Shown: piece by piece, positions 26,289-38,651 of the stretch
Layout: every line of letters begins with the position of its first letter
Position numbering within the stretch: the stretch's first letter is position 1
Origin: Cenococcum geophilum
Lineage: Eukaryota
Reading direction: 5' to 3'
Assembly (NCBI GenBank): GCA_050273025.1
Contig: CP158635.1
Span: 23,560,001 to 23,624,000, forward strand
Length of the DNA: 64,000 bases
The notes under the pieces: model-generated
Seen by the model: the letters and a program-made list of their open reading frames with translations, nothing else
The model's database searches: none
What the model was told of the DNA's origin: nothing
Program-made: the position numbers and the translations under genes

Positions 26289-27356
26289 CGTGAGATATGC
26301 CGCTCTGTTGTGGAAGTAATTGAAAAGCGACAAACGCTGCTGCCCAGCAGAAAATGATCAAAGACAAGAACTATTGATCCCTAAGGAAATTTTGTGTATA
26401 GGCGTTCCGGAACGGCTCGGATGTGTCGATGAGATGTGCTGGGCTTGAGTATACTGCAATGAACGAGGAGGATGCTGGTAGGTGGATGCTAGTAGGCGCA
26501 GGTGGGTGCAGGTAGGTGGATCAGTTGGGTTAACTTTTGGGCCTTCGCAGGATGTCTCTAGAACTCAAACCTAACAACACCCTTGGATTTGGTCGTGATG
26601 ATGTTGGTGTGCGGTCGGTCTGGCCTGGACAGCCGGACGGGGAACAACGGCAGTTGTCTTGGACAAGTGAGCGACAGTTCGTGCACGAAACACAAGCAAT
26701 AAGGGCTGAAACAGCGTCTGCAAAGGAGACGAGACACTGCGAGGAAATGCGGCACCAGGCCTGCAAGGGAGCTGGAAGAGAGGTTGAAGTAGAGGAGATC
26801 ACACTCAGCGGTGTAGTTTGGTGGGAAAAGGGCGGACGGTTCTTGCCATAGCGGGCGGCCGGTGATGACTCTTTGGTGGGGGAGCAAGTGAGGAAGGCCG
26901 AGGGTCTATCAGGTCGGTGCAAGACAGTTATGGGGGAGATTAGCTTTGTGACATGTTTTTGGCGCCCATCAGTCGCGCCCATCAGACTGTTTCGGGCCGG
27001 GATATCTCACGTTTCCAAATGATGAACTTGGAGAGAGAGGATCTTTGCAGCATTCGTTGCAGCGCTGGGTCGATGAAACACCGAGGCCCTGGGGCGCTAC
27101 CCAGGCCCTGCTCAGCTTGACATCACATTGGCCCGTGAGCCCAGCACCTGCATCTGCTGGTTTGACCCCATCGAGGCCCCCGCAAGCCCAGAGTCTGGGA
27201 ACACCGCTTAACGCGCATAATGAAGCATAATCCGTCAGCACCATGCATATACGCTGCTCTACAGCTAAAAAAAGAGAGGCTGCACTTTATCTTCTTCGCG
27301 GTCCATGGCTCATATCCTCAAGAAAATTCTCGCCGTGGGATTTAGCGGGTGTTGGG

Positions 27357-27434
27357 GAGCATTGCTAAGGAGCATTGCTGAGGAGCACCGCCGAGTAACG
27401 CCGAGGAGCACCGCTGAGGAGCACCGCCGCCGAG
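27357..27434. repeat. Imperfect ~13-bp minisatellite (GAGCAYYGCYRAG, ~6 units)
   Basis: GAGCATTGCTAAG GAGCATTGCTGAG GAGCACCGCCGAG ... GAGCACCGCTGAG GAGCACCGCCGCCGAG, abutting without spacers. Confidence 0.7.
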
Positions 27435-27597
27435 TCTAGGACGCGAGAGGCAACATCTTGATGGCGCGCTGCCATATAATAGGACGACATCTTAAAGGGC
27501 TCGAACGAAAGAGGTAAGTTGCAGATTTCAGCTTCATTCGGAATCAGTCAATCAATTTCATTCTCGTCTCTGCATCAGCTTCTGCACCACTCTCAAT

Positions 27598-28799
27598 CTA
27601 GTCCATAATCAACACGCTTCTGAAGCGCACTTTCCCGCTCATCATGTGTTCAACCGCATCCTCGACTTTGTCAAACGGAAATTTCTCAATCAAGCATTCG
27701 ACGCCCTGCCGTTCAGCAAATGCGATTGCTTCCTCGCTGTCAAGGGCGTGGCCAGAAGGCCATCCGTGAACTGAGATGCCGTAGTGAATCATCACACCGG
27801 TGTCCACGGACACCTCGCCGAGAGCTACGCAATGTCAATGTTAGAATCCTGCATTTCACACGGCTGGGATTGTTATTTGGCCGTCTCACTAGAGAGAATC
27901 AGAATCTTGCCACATGGACCGCATGCTTTGACTAGATTTTCCATGATCTTAGGATTTGGCGCTGTAACCACGACCAAAGACGCCCCGCCCATTTTTTGGA
28001 GGGCTTCAGCACTGTCTTCCTTACTGTTGTCGACGTAATCTGTGGCTCCAAGTTTCATCGCGAAATCCCTCTTCGCGTCACTGCTGGAAAGCGCGACAGT
28101 ACGGTAGCCCATCTTCCGTGCATACTGAATGGCGAGATGTCCTAAGCCTCCGAGACCTTGCACTGCAACAATATCACCCGCGGTAATGTTCATCTTACGA
28201 ATGCCGTTGAAGACGGTGATACCCGCGCAGAGAAGAGGGGCGTATTGTGCAGGATCGGCGTCGGGGGGGATGCGAACGGCGGCCTCAGTGCGAAGGGTGC
28301 AGTACTCCGCGTCTAATGAAAGTCAACAGCTCACCCTTGGGACGAGGTAGCTATACTAACATCCACCATTCCGGGAAACGCCATTGATTTGCTCGTTTTG
28401 GCACATCTGGAACAAACCACGATTGCACGCCTTGCATACTCCGTCATGGCCTCCGTGCCATGGGCCGCCAACCTTATCGCCAACTTGCCACCTGCTCTCT
28501 CCTGGACCGACTGCCACAATTGTTCCAATTAATTCGTGGCCTGGGATTATCGGGTATTGAATGCTATAAAGCCAGTCAGTTCGACCAGCTCGATTCAGAA
28601 CTCTGGTTTGAGCATGTTACATTGGTCCAAAATGACCCTGCTGCACGCCCACATCACTATGGCAGACACCGCAAGCATGGACCTTGATGAGGATCTCTCC
28701 GTGCTTGGGTTCTTCGACAGGAACTTCTTTGATGGTCCAAGGCGCGCCTGCCTTCTCAATGACGCAGGCTTTGCAGCTCTTTGGAATGTTTGGAGCCAT
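27598..28799 (-). CDS. Zinc-dependent alcohol dehydrogenase (MDR family); exons 28799-28621, 28563-28361, 28312-27890, 27824-27598
   Basis: ACGVCHSD, PIIPGHE, structural Zn cysteines, APLLCAGITVFN, VQGLGGLGHLAIQYA NAD-binding motif, C-terminal GKVRFRSVL; three canonical introns. Confidence 0.93.
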
Positions 28800-30090
28800 T
28801 GTCTAGATAACTCAAAACAACTTGAAAGCAAAGGAGGTTTTTATTAGAACTTTTGCAGAAGCGAAAAGAATTGCTATCCAGATTCTTGAACAAGCAGTGC
28901 TATGTTCCTTTATACATTAGCAAGCTGTCGGGGTGGTTATTAACTGCAGTTCTTTCATCATGGGTTTGCAGGACCCCTCCAAGCCCCCTCCAAGCCCCAC
29001 CACCACTAAAGTGCAGCAACCCCTCTCTCATGCTCGGCGTGCATAAAGCCAAAGAACGGCCGTACCTACGTTTCTGGATATGGAGGCAATCTATTGGTCG
29101 TTTTATGTTTTAATTGGCTGAAGTCTTCTGTTTGCATGTTAGTCATCCACAGTTTTCTACTGGATGCCTCGGGTAATCATGAACTCTTTGAGATTAGCAA
29201 GATTCATCTTGAATATCATAGGTTGTTCCCGCTCTGATGATAAGGTATAAGGGCGTGCATGAGAGTTCCTTATGCATATCCGCCATTAGTTCCGTATCGC
29301 TTTGTAATACGGTGGCAGGTGCTCGTAGATCCGGTCGCTTAAACCGGACTGATGATTAGCACTTCCTACAGTAGATTCCAATATGTAAAGAATATTATAA
29401 GGGCGGTTTTTTTCGGGAGTTCGCAGAGGTTTTAAATTTGATTAGACTGAAAATATATGCACGTGAGCATTCCGCTGATAGCTGGCCTATGATAATGTAG
29501 GATTCTTAAGCGCGTATCTCTTAACCCGCTGACGTCCACCAAGCATATGGTCCGTGCGGAACACTAAGTAGATTTAATCAATACAATACTATTAAATATG
29601 CCTTCCAATCGTACATCCAATGATATAGACCTTGTTTAGCCGACTCAATATAGCGTTCAACCAAACCGGGTCGCTAAAAGCTCGCCACCAGGGCCGTGGC
29701 CGCTGCCCGATTTTACAACGGCTTCATATTTCTAATCACGACGATTCATTGCATTGATATTATTGGTTGGTTCTTATCGATACTGAGTGGACGAATTTCG
29801 GCGGGTTAAGGGATAACTGTCGATCTAGAATCTAAAACCCTTTATTTCCCTAGACGAATAGGAAGCAGAAAACGATATAGAGCAGTGATAAATGCTCTGT
29901 AACGATGCTGTGACACCTAAAGAGTCTCCAAGCCCTTCAGTATCTCACTTTCAAATCGGCCAGTCACAAGCGAGAAGCTATCTCGCAAGCGCAAACCCAC
30001 GTCCTTCCCACGTAATCGCTTGGATCGACCTCAAGCCTCAGCTCGCGAAGCTCTTGTGACTACCATGCAGGAACACAGTTCAGGCCCAGA

Positions 30091-31672
30091 ATGAAGAAGA
30101 CGCTGCTGCTATGCTTCATCCACGGGTTCAAGGTTAGTTTTACCCTCCTCCAACTTCAGAATCTACTATAAAGACCCCACTTTCCAGAGCTCGTGGTTGA
30201 CCATGGCTATGTTCCTAGGGCGGCGACGACACCTTTGCCGGCTTCCCTTCACACTTGAAGGCCATTCTGCAGCATGCTCTCCCGAAGGTCACAGTTCTCG
30301 CGATAACATATCCGAAGTTTGAGACCAGGGGAGATTTACACGAGTGTGTGGCTAGGTTCAAGGAATGGTATGTCGACTTCACACATACATCATTCCGTGG
30401 CAGTGTCCGCGGAAGACCCCTCGCTCTCAAGTGTCTCAAGTGTCTTTCAAAAGTCTACAGCCCACTTCATACCGGGAACACATTCGTATTACAAAGCCCA
30501 AGCTCCATTCTGCAATTGGTCACCAAAAGCCTCTCCGAACCCCCCACACTCCACCTACCGATCTCACCCACCAAGCAACTAATACCCGTAGGCTCCAAAA
30601 CAAGGTCATCGACCTTGAAGTCGCCAACTGCACCCCATCCCCCACCGTCGACCCATGCGTGCGCACCATCCTGATCGGCCACTCGATGGGCGGCATCGTG
30701 GCCGCCGAAACCCTCCTCTCAATCATTAACGAGCAGCCCATCCACAGTCCATCTGTCTCCTCGTCCGACGCCTCCCTCCCCGACCCCTCGCTGCTCATGT
30801 TCCCCTACATCCAGGGCATCCTCGCCTTCGACACGCCGTACCTGGGCATCGCCCCCGGCGTCGTGGCCCACGGTGCCGAAGGCCACTGGAACACGGCCAA
30901 CGCGGCCTACGCGGCGTATAGCAACGTCGCCAGCGCGTTCGGCTGGGGCGCCAAGCCCGCCGCCACGGCCGAGGAGAGCGCGGTGCGCGCGAGCCGCATG
31001 CTGCCAGCGCCCGAGACGGCGTCGCAGGCCGTGAACGACGTCAACGCCGACGCGGCTGCCGCGCCGCTGTGGCAGCGGTACGGGCGCGTCGCGCTGTTCG
31101 CCGGGGCTGCGGGCGCCGTCGCCGCGGGCGGTGCGGCGGCCTACATGAAGCGCGACACGCTGAGCGAGGGCTGGTCGTGGGTCGGGTCGCATCTGGAGTT
31201 CGTCGGGGCGCTGGCGCGCGGCGAGGAGATGAAGCGCCGGGTTGTTGCGGTTGCGGAACTGTCTGAGGGTCAGCGCGTCGGGTTCATGAACATGTACACG
31301 TGTCTGGGCCTGGCCGTGGAGACTAAGGGCAAGCCGAGCTGGAGCGCGGGTGTGCTGGGGGCGGATCGCACGTTCTGCAATATACCGAAGGGGGAGCTGA
31401 AGCAATTTTTTCTCCCGACGGTTAATGATAAGGCAACGACGGAGACGTGGGCTCATATGGGTATGTTTGAGCCGCGGAATAATCCGGGGTATTATGGCAT
31501 GAGTGAGAACGCGAAGGAGTTGGTGGTGGAGTGGGCGACGAATCAGTGGTATGAGGAGGCGACGAGAGGGGAGACGATGACGGAGAGGGAGACGTTGGAT
31601 GAGGATCCGGAGCTGGTAGAGAGGCCTGAGGACGAGGAGTTTGAGAATGTGAGACCGCTGGAGGTGTCATGA
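30091..31672 (+). CDS. Alpha/beta-hydrolase-like (DUF676-like) protein; exons 30091-30132, 30219-30367, 30592-31672
   Basis: [57 protein letters not shown] (GxSxG)..[10 protein letters not shown]; introns with GTTAGT and GTATGT donors. Confidence 0.88.
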
Positions 31673-32169
31673 TGAAGGAACGAACTCATGATATGAACAT
31701 GACTTCAGGCCCGAGAATAGGGGCGGCGTTAGATGGTATAGAATACCCTTTTCAGACACTATCAATTGATGTCGTTCGTTTAGCATGCTTACGACGTCTT
31801 TGGGTTGTTTGGCATTAGGGAGCTGCAATTACTGTTAGTGTAGTGGCCCTAAATGGAAGACTAGGGAACCCGGGCGTAGGTCAATTAAAGCTCGTAGGCT
31901 AAGGAGAGGTCCGGCGGAAATGAGGAGCTCTATCTTAAGATATACAATCTAGATCAGATCAGTCAGGAGAGATGCGTACCGGTTCTATTCAGCGAACATA
32001 GAATGTAGTGTATGCAATGTCGATTATTTTGTATACCGGATATCATGGCCCAAGAATCGCCGTGTAAACTTCAAGCATAAGATGATGAGTGGCCCATATA
32101 CACTTCCAGGCTTTCAACGCCTTGGGACTCATACACCGTAACGCCGTCGCTGAAGTCCCTGAATAATAT

Positions 32170-33945
32170 TTACCAATTATCGAAATTCCCAAACCCCCCA
32201 GATTTGACCTTTTTCTTAACAGGCTCCTCGATCTCCTCCCAGTCTCCCATAATCTCATCTTCAACCTTCGCTCCACCACCTCCCTCCCCCTGAATTGTTG
32301 CTTTTAAATACTTCCCAACTCCAACGCTCTCCCCAGATGTGCCCTCAACCTTCCCATCAGCCCGAATCCTCTTCCCCGTCCACGTTGTCCGCTCATCCTC
32401 CCTACCCCCCTGCCTCCTAATTTCCTCCTCTTCCCTCTCCCTTCCCTCCTTCTCCACCCTCTCCTTCGCAAACTCCTCAAACGGATCCACAAACACGACG
32501 ACATCCAGAAGCTTAATATCCTCCACAGGTTTATTTCCCTCATCCGTCTCCGCATTTTCCAATGCCTTAAGCGTCGTATCCAGCCCCCCAACTACCTTCC
32601 CAAAAACGGTATGCTTCCGATCCAAATGTGGTGCAGGCCTATAAAGAATAAAAAACTGGCTTGTATTGCTGTTCTTCCCTTTATTCGCCATGCTAATAAT
32701 GCCCCTGGTATTATGCACCATGGGACCCTCAAGCTCATCATTGAACGGCTTCCCCCACACGCTCTGGCCGCCCTTGCCGGTGCCGGTCGGGTCGCCGCCC
32801 TGGATCATGAAGTTGCGGATGTTGCGGTGGAACAGCGTGTCGCGGTAGTAGCCCTTCTTGGCCAGCTGGACGAAGTTCCACACGGCGCGCGGGGCGTGCT
32901 CGGGCAGCAGTTCGACGTTCAGGTCGCCCAGCGACGTGGAGAGCCGCGCGTAGCCCTTCTGCTTCATGCGTCGCGGCCGCAACATGTAGTCCTCATCGGA
33001 CAGCAGCGCGCGCTCGCCCGACGTGTGCGGCGTCAGGCCCGTACTGGTAAATGAGGCTGCCGCCTTGCCCGTCGTGTGCTGCGCCGCGTTGTAGGGGATG
33101 GGCTTGCTGGGCTGGAGCGAGGACTGCGGCCCGCCGCCGTTTCGCGATGCCGTGAGCGCTTTCGCGCCGCTCTGCGCAGCTTGCGCTTTCTGCTCGCGCT
33201 GCAGCCGCGCCTTGGCTACTGCCTCCTTGGCCCGCAGCACCTTCGCCGCACTGCCCAGCGCGTCGGCGTTGACGTTGCTCGTCGCGGCATCCGCGGGCTC
33301 GTGGGCCGTCACGCCGTCCTTGACGTGCTGGAACGCGCTGAGGTCCCGCGCGGCGATGTTCTGCGGGTCCTGCAGCGTGATGATGTCCTTGCGCGAGAAC
33401 TCGTCGTCGCTGACGAGGTCGCACCAGTTCTTCGCCTTGATGTTCAGCCGCTCCACCGTGTCCCATGCGAAGACGTTGCCGGTGTTCTTCAGCGCGACGA
33501 TGTGTGTGTTGTCCGTGAACACTTTGTATGTCACCGGGTCGACGTGCTCGCCGTCCTCATTTTTTGCGAAATGTAGCGCAATCAGATCTGCGCGCTTCAG
33601 TGGCGTGCCGTCCACGGGGTTGGTGTTGTGCTTCTGCAGCCATGTGAGGATGTGCGTGAGGTCGAAGATAGTGCCGGTGGAGGTGCAGACGGGGTCGGTG
33701 AAGGGCTGGAGGGAGACGGCGCAGAAGTTGAACGGAAGGCGCTTGAAGGAGGCTCCGACGGCTTTGGATTTCGAGACGCCAGCACCCGTACTGGTGCCGT
33801 AGGCGTCTTCAGAGGACCATTCCGAGTGCGTTATATAGAGCCTATCCGTGCCTGTGGTTCCTGGAGTTAGCGTCTCAAACGTAGAAATTGAAACCAAGCT
33901 TATTTAAGGACTGTAATGGAGACTGAAAACTGTACCTTTGCCCAT
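32170..33945 (-). CDS. PPIL2: Peptidyl-prolyl cis-trans isomerase-like 2 (U-box plus cyclophilin; Cyp60/Cyp8); exons 33945-33936, 33851-32170
   Basis: MGKG/TDRLYITHSEW; U-box LPFNFCAVSLQPFTDPVCT; cyclophilin FHRNIRNFMIQGGDPTGTGKGG..SMANKGKNSNTSQFFI..HLDRKHTVFGKVVGG; C-terminal FGNFDNW. Confidence 0.95.
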
Positions 33946-34204
33946 ATTGAAAGCTATCGAAGCATTTGGCGCTGTGGAAGTCCAGCCTAAATTATTTTAT
34001 GTCGTTGCCTTTTGCATATCTTGGCTACCGTACATCATCCGGCAGACCACATGGACGTTCCCGCTAAATAGTTAGACGGAGCACAGAAACATTCTTGCTC
34101 TCCCCTTCTCAGCTACGGAGTACAGAACGCAACGGTTTTGCAGACTCCACGCTGGTCAAAATAGACGAGAATCGACAGAGGCATCACTAGAATCCTCCAC
34201 CAGC

Positions 34205-35002
34205 ATGGGGAATGAGCACTTTGAGGGAAGAGGACAAAATGTTCAAGGAAAAGACGAAAGAAGGGATGAGGAAGAGACAGGGGAGAAAAAGGAGGGAGAG
34301 GCAGATATAAAGAGGCAAGAGGAAAGGAATAAGAAGTGGAAAATGGCCCACACAGCCCGGATGAGGGAGATTGTCCCCGGTCTCTTCCTTGGGAATGTCG
34401 AGGCCTCACACAAGCGAGAAATGCTTCGAGAGAATCGGATCAACGCCATAGTTTCACTCACTAACGCTCGATGGGTATGGTGGAATGGCACCACAAGGGA
34501 AGCGGGGATTCCAGAATATCGTCACAAATGGGTTCAGTGTGTGGATTCGTCGACCCAGGACCTTCTAGTTCATATGAGCGACATCTGCGACTTCATCGAC
34601 AAGATGGCTTCTTCAGCCCTGCAGTTATCGTCCACTCTACCGATCGAACATGAGGCCGAACTAAGTGTTAAGCCAAACGCCGCATCTTCAGAGGCGGTAT
34701 TGATCCACTGCGATCTGGGAATATCGCGTTCTCCGACTGTCATCATTGCATATCTCATGCGCAAGTATAGCGCTAAGCGAGAGGACATTCTGGCATTTGT
34801 TCAGACGAAGCAGAAGGTCAAACCAAGTGCTAATCTCACCCGGCAACTTCAAGTATGGGAGCAGGTTGGATATCAAGTATGGGAGAACGACGAGAAAACG
34901 GTCCCGAAAGCGCCGTACCAAGCATTTCTGGATGACCGGGCAGCTCTTCTAAAGGAAAAAGGGCTTACGGGGAATGAGCCTCTCGCACCCCAAAACCTTT
35001 AG
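34205..35002 (+). CDS. Dual-specificity protein phosphatase (DSPc)
   Basis: EIVPGLFLGN, DSSTQDLL and catalytic loop VLIHCDLGISRSPTVIIAYLM (HCx5R); single exon. Confidence 0.88.
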   Translation: MGNEHFEGRGQNVQGKDERRDEEETGEKKEGEADIKRQEERNKKWKMAHTARMREIVPGLFLGNVEASHKREMLRENRINAIVSLTNARWVWWNGTTREAGIPEYRHKWVQCVDSSTQDLLVHMSDICDFIDKMASSALQLSSTLPIEHEAELSVKPNAASSEAVLIHCDLGISRSPTVIIAYLMRKYSAKREDILAFVQTKQKVKPSANLTRQLQVWEQVGYQVWENDEKTVPKAPYQAFLDDRAALLKEKGLTGNEPLAPQNL

Positions 35003-36272
35003 TTAGCCCGCCATATAAAGAGAGGCCCATTCATTGCCAGAGAAAACAATAAGTAAGAGTCGTTCATAAATATCTGCTAGTGATCTATTTGGATCAGAGC
35101 ATTTTTGGCGCGGATAGTTGGGGCCGATCTGCTAATTTTTTTAGTGGCGTGGAATGGATTTCGAGGCTTCGGAGCTCCAAGAGCGCCAGTACCATGCCTA
35201 ATATAGTAGTAGCCAGGCCTAGTAGAGTAGTTACTATGCCCAATATAGTAATAGTAGGTAGCTGCGGAAAGGGGAGGAGCTAAAAAGGAAATTAAGAAAA
35301 GGGGCATATATAGGAGTGGATTTGCGGATATCCGAATTAGATAGTCACTAACACCTATCAAAATCCTAAGCCTTTAATTAGTGTATAAACATACTCGCAT
35401 CTCTTATTAAATCAAATCGTTGTCTTTCCAATAATTTAAAAGCTCTGTTACTGCTAATATATCTACTAAACGTAGTAGAAATAAGGATCCTAATGTCGTA
35501 GCCGCCTTCTAGAAGTTTAAGAAGGATGGCCCGAAGACTAAGCGAGCTTAATATACCTATTACGGCTACGAATGATCGTGGAAAACTAACTTACTACGTC
35601 CTTACCTATTTAGCTGCGAGAAATATAAAGCCTTACTATTTATAAAGGATTAATTTCTAATCTATCTCTATTAAGTTCCGTGCTTAGAAATATAGGACGT
35701 AGTTTTTTAAAACATTTAGAAAGGAGTAGAATTCGTATTTAATTTATAATTAATTTATCTAAAGCGTTCGCGGGCAAGTCCTATAATTATTATATTAATA
35801 TATTAGGCTTCTAACCCAGCTTCCGGGTTAGTATATAATCTTAAAGTTAAATCGTAAGAGGTATTTAGCATAGCAAATCTAGTAATACGTTAATTACTTT
35901 ATAGTTATAAAGTAATATAGGTTCTTATAGTCCGTTAATATACGCATTGACAATAATAATCCTTTAAGTTCTAGACACCATTATTTAAAATATATAATAA
36001 TTATAAATAGTTCCTTATTATATATTTTATAGTATTAGGTAACGAAGTTACCTTACCTATATATATTATTCCATATAGCTATACCTAGTATCTTACTAGT
36101 TACTTGCTTACCTTTTATAAGTTTATACTATAGCTAAGTGGTACGGAGCTTATTACCTTATATATGGTTTAATTTAGTAGGGGTAAGCTTTTAGAAGAGG
36201 AAGGCTACTAGATATAGTACGCTATTCTTATTATATTATAATAATACTCCCTTTAATATATAATTGGAAGAG

Positions 36273-36602
36273 TGTAACGGAATCCCCCAAGAGGTACATA
36301 TCCGATGAGACGGTAGGAGGTTTCATCTATGTCCCATCTATGTTCCAGAAGACACAGTCAGACAGGTTAGGGGCGAAAGGTTTTACTAGCGTCTCGGAAG
36401 AAACATATAGGAAGCTGGTTCTCCTCTAGAGAAGAACTAGCGATTAGTCTCTGAATAGAAGTGGTCAGAAGCATTTGTCCTTCAATACGTGAAACTTATT
36501 CTACCTTCAACTTACCTTCGACTTACCTTCGACTTACCTTCTACTTACCGGCGACACTGTCGATTAGATAATCATACGTTCCGGTCAGGCTGGCCTCTTA
36601 CA
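36273..36602 (+). mobile_element. Isolated LTR of Gypsy family B, relatively lightly RIPed
   Basis: TGTAACGGAATCCCC...GGCCTCTTACA, colinear with the LTR at 46003-46343; no matching TSD seen. Confidence 0.85.
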
Positions 36603-37447
36603 ATTAGTTATTTTTAATAATATATTTAAGGTTAGTGTTAAAGTAGGCAAGAATTAAAGTAGTTATAAAATAATATTTTAAGCTATTAAAAGCTTATTCG
36701 CATTTAGCGGTCTATTTAAATCTTATATTTTTCTTCATTAAATTTACTAATAGTTAGGCGATCTCTAAAAAGTAGTTAATAAAGGATTAATAGAAGTTTA
36801 TAAATCCTAGAAATCCTTAAATATCTTATATATTACGAGGACTTTCCTAGTTTATAATTATAGTAACCTTTTTAGAATTTATCCTAATTCCGTTATAGGA
36901 CGTAATTAAGCCTAGGTATATAAATTTAAACGCGTAGAATATATATTTTTAAATATTATATTATAAGCCTATATCTCGTAGGCGTTTAAGAACTATTTAG
37001 ACGTATTTTTAATATTTAGAAAGCGAGGATAAGTAGATTAAAATATCGTTTATATACGTAGTAATAAATATACTAAGAAATCTATAAAGCGTATTATTAT
37101 TATATTACTAAAATATACTAGGACCGTTCTTTATACTAAACGGTATTACCAAATATTTAAAGAGTCTCTATTATAGATAAAAAGCCGTATACTTCTTATC
37201 TCCTTTATAGACGCGAATTTAATTAAAGGTAGTAACTACGTTAAGCTTTATAAAATATTATACCTTTGCTAAACGGTTAAGCGTCCCTTAAAATAGAGGA
37301 ATTAGATATTGGTTTAAAATTATAATTACGTTTAAAGCTTAATAATTAATATAGAATCTTAGGCCTCCTTTTAGCTTTTTAATAAATGGTATAGGTAAGT
37401 AAATGGAGATTAACTAGGGCGAATAAATCTCTTCTCTAAATACTTAT

Positions 37448-37665
37448 TGTGACGGCGCTAAGGCGCGTTACCTAGATCAGGGACCTAGTTAGGGATGCGG
37501 CTAAAGGCTTGGCCCCTAACACGTATATAGCATATCTCTCCCTCCTATATATACCTATTCTTCTTCTCCTTAGCTTAATATCCGCGTCAATAGACTACTA
37601 ATTGTACAGACTTACGCTCGTTACATTATAGTGCTAAATTCTTGATTAACTAAGTCGCTGTAACA
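37448..37665 (+). mobile_element. Solo LTR with perfect 5-bp TSD
   Basis: TGTGAC...GTAACA termini, internal TATATA; flanked by CTTAT on both sides (37443-37447, 37666-37670). Confidence 0.85.
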
Positions 37666-37716
37666 CTTATTAAGGTATTATCGTATTATAAGTAGCTTTT
37701 CTTATAATATACTATA

Positions 37717-38002
37717 TATAACGGGCTTTTTTAAAAGGTATATATTAGATAAGATAGTAGTTAGATAAATAAAGAGTAAAAGGTTTACTAGTATCTTAAA
37801 AGGATTATAAAGGAAGCCACTTCTCCTTTAGAGAGGAACTAGTAATTAGTCTCTAAATAAAAGAGGCTAGAAAGCAATTATCTTTTAAATATATAAAGCT
37901 CGTTCTACCCTCGACTTACCTTCGACTCACCTATGACTTGCATTCGACACTATCGATTATATATTTATACGTTCCAGTTAGAAGTCTTACCGGCCTCTTG
38001 TA
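37717..38002 (+). mobile_element. Degenerate LTR related to Gypsy family B
   Basis: Colinear with 36273-36602 (AAAAGGTTTACTAG..GGAAGC..TTCTCCT..AGAGGAACTAG..CGACTTACCTTCGAC..GGCCTCTTGTA), with many transitions. Confidence 0.75.
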
Positions 38003-38651
38003 AATATATATATATTAATGAACGAGTCCTTAACCAAATCCCATAACGAAACACAACACTAGATGAGCTCGTGTGATCTTATTTCGGATGAGTTTTTCAC
38101 GGTTTCTGTTTAGCTCTATTGATATTGTCCCTGAGTTATGGGAGCGTAAACATCGATTGAACCATTGGTATCATGCGCCTAGCATCAGGCATGTTTAGAG
38201 TGTTAAGGTTTCTCTTCAGTCACATGCAGGCTAACAAGAGCGTACAATACCCTCGTTGTACAAGAATATATTAAAGTGTCTAATTAGAAATTTCCATTAT
38301 TGCAAAAACCATTCCTGTCTAGGTCTAGGCACTGTGCAGTCGTCTATGTTTTTGACAGAAAGCCAATTCCAATACTCTTCTGTAATGCCAAGTTCATCAA
38401 GCTTATTTTTATAAGCTAGTAAAATACAATCCCTTTTCATCCTCCCTTCTGAGTCAAACTGATCACGGGAAACCTTGTGAAGCCATTTACGCTTCATGTG
38501 TCCGCTAAGGAAAAAAGCTGACTGGGGTGGCTTCCGAAGTTTAACAAGCATGGCTAATATCGAGGGTGCTAAACCTTGCAAGGGCTCTCGAGCCGTCCTG
38601 GCCTTATGTATAGCAAGGGGAATGGCAACCGTGGCAGTTTCTATAATACAA

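Larger units (their letters stand above)
35190..38020. repeat. AT-rich RIP-degraded block of unidentified origin containing LTR insertions
   Basis: Abrupt shift to TpA-rich, CpA/TpG-poor sequence with no ORFs; three LTR-like inserts inside. Confidence 0.75.

Noticed and set aside
27357..27434. Repeat array as CRISPR-like
   Set aside because: Units abut with no unique spacers and the context is eukaryotic; it is a plain minisatellite.
30719..33802. Long antisense ORFs over the hydrolase and PPIL2 genes (likewise over ATG22)
   Set aside because: Shadow ORFs caused by GC-rich codon usage of the real genes.
36268..36607. TSD for the family-B LTR at 36273
   Set aside because: Flanks AAGAG and ATTAG do not match, so it is not called a clean solo LTR.
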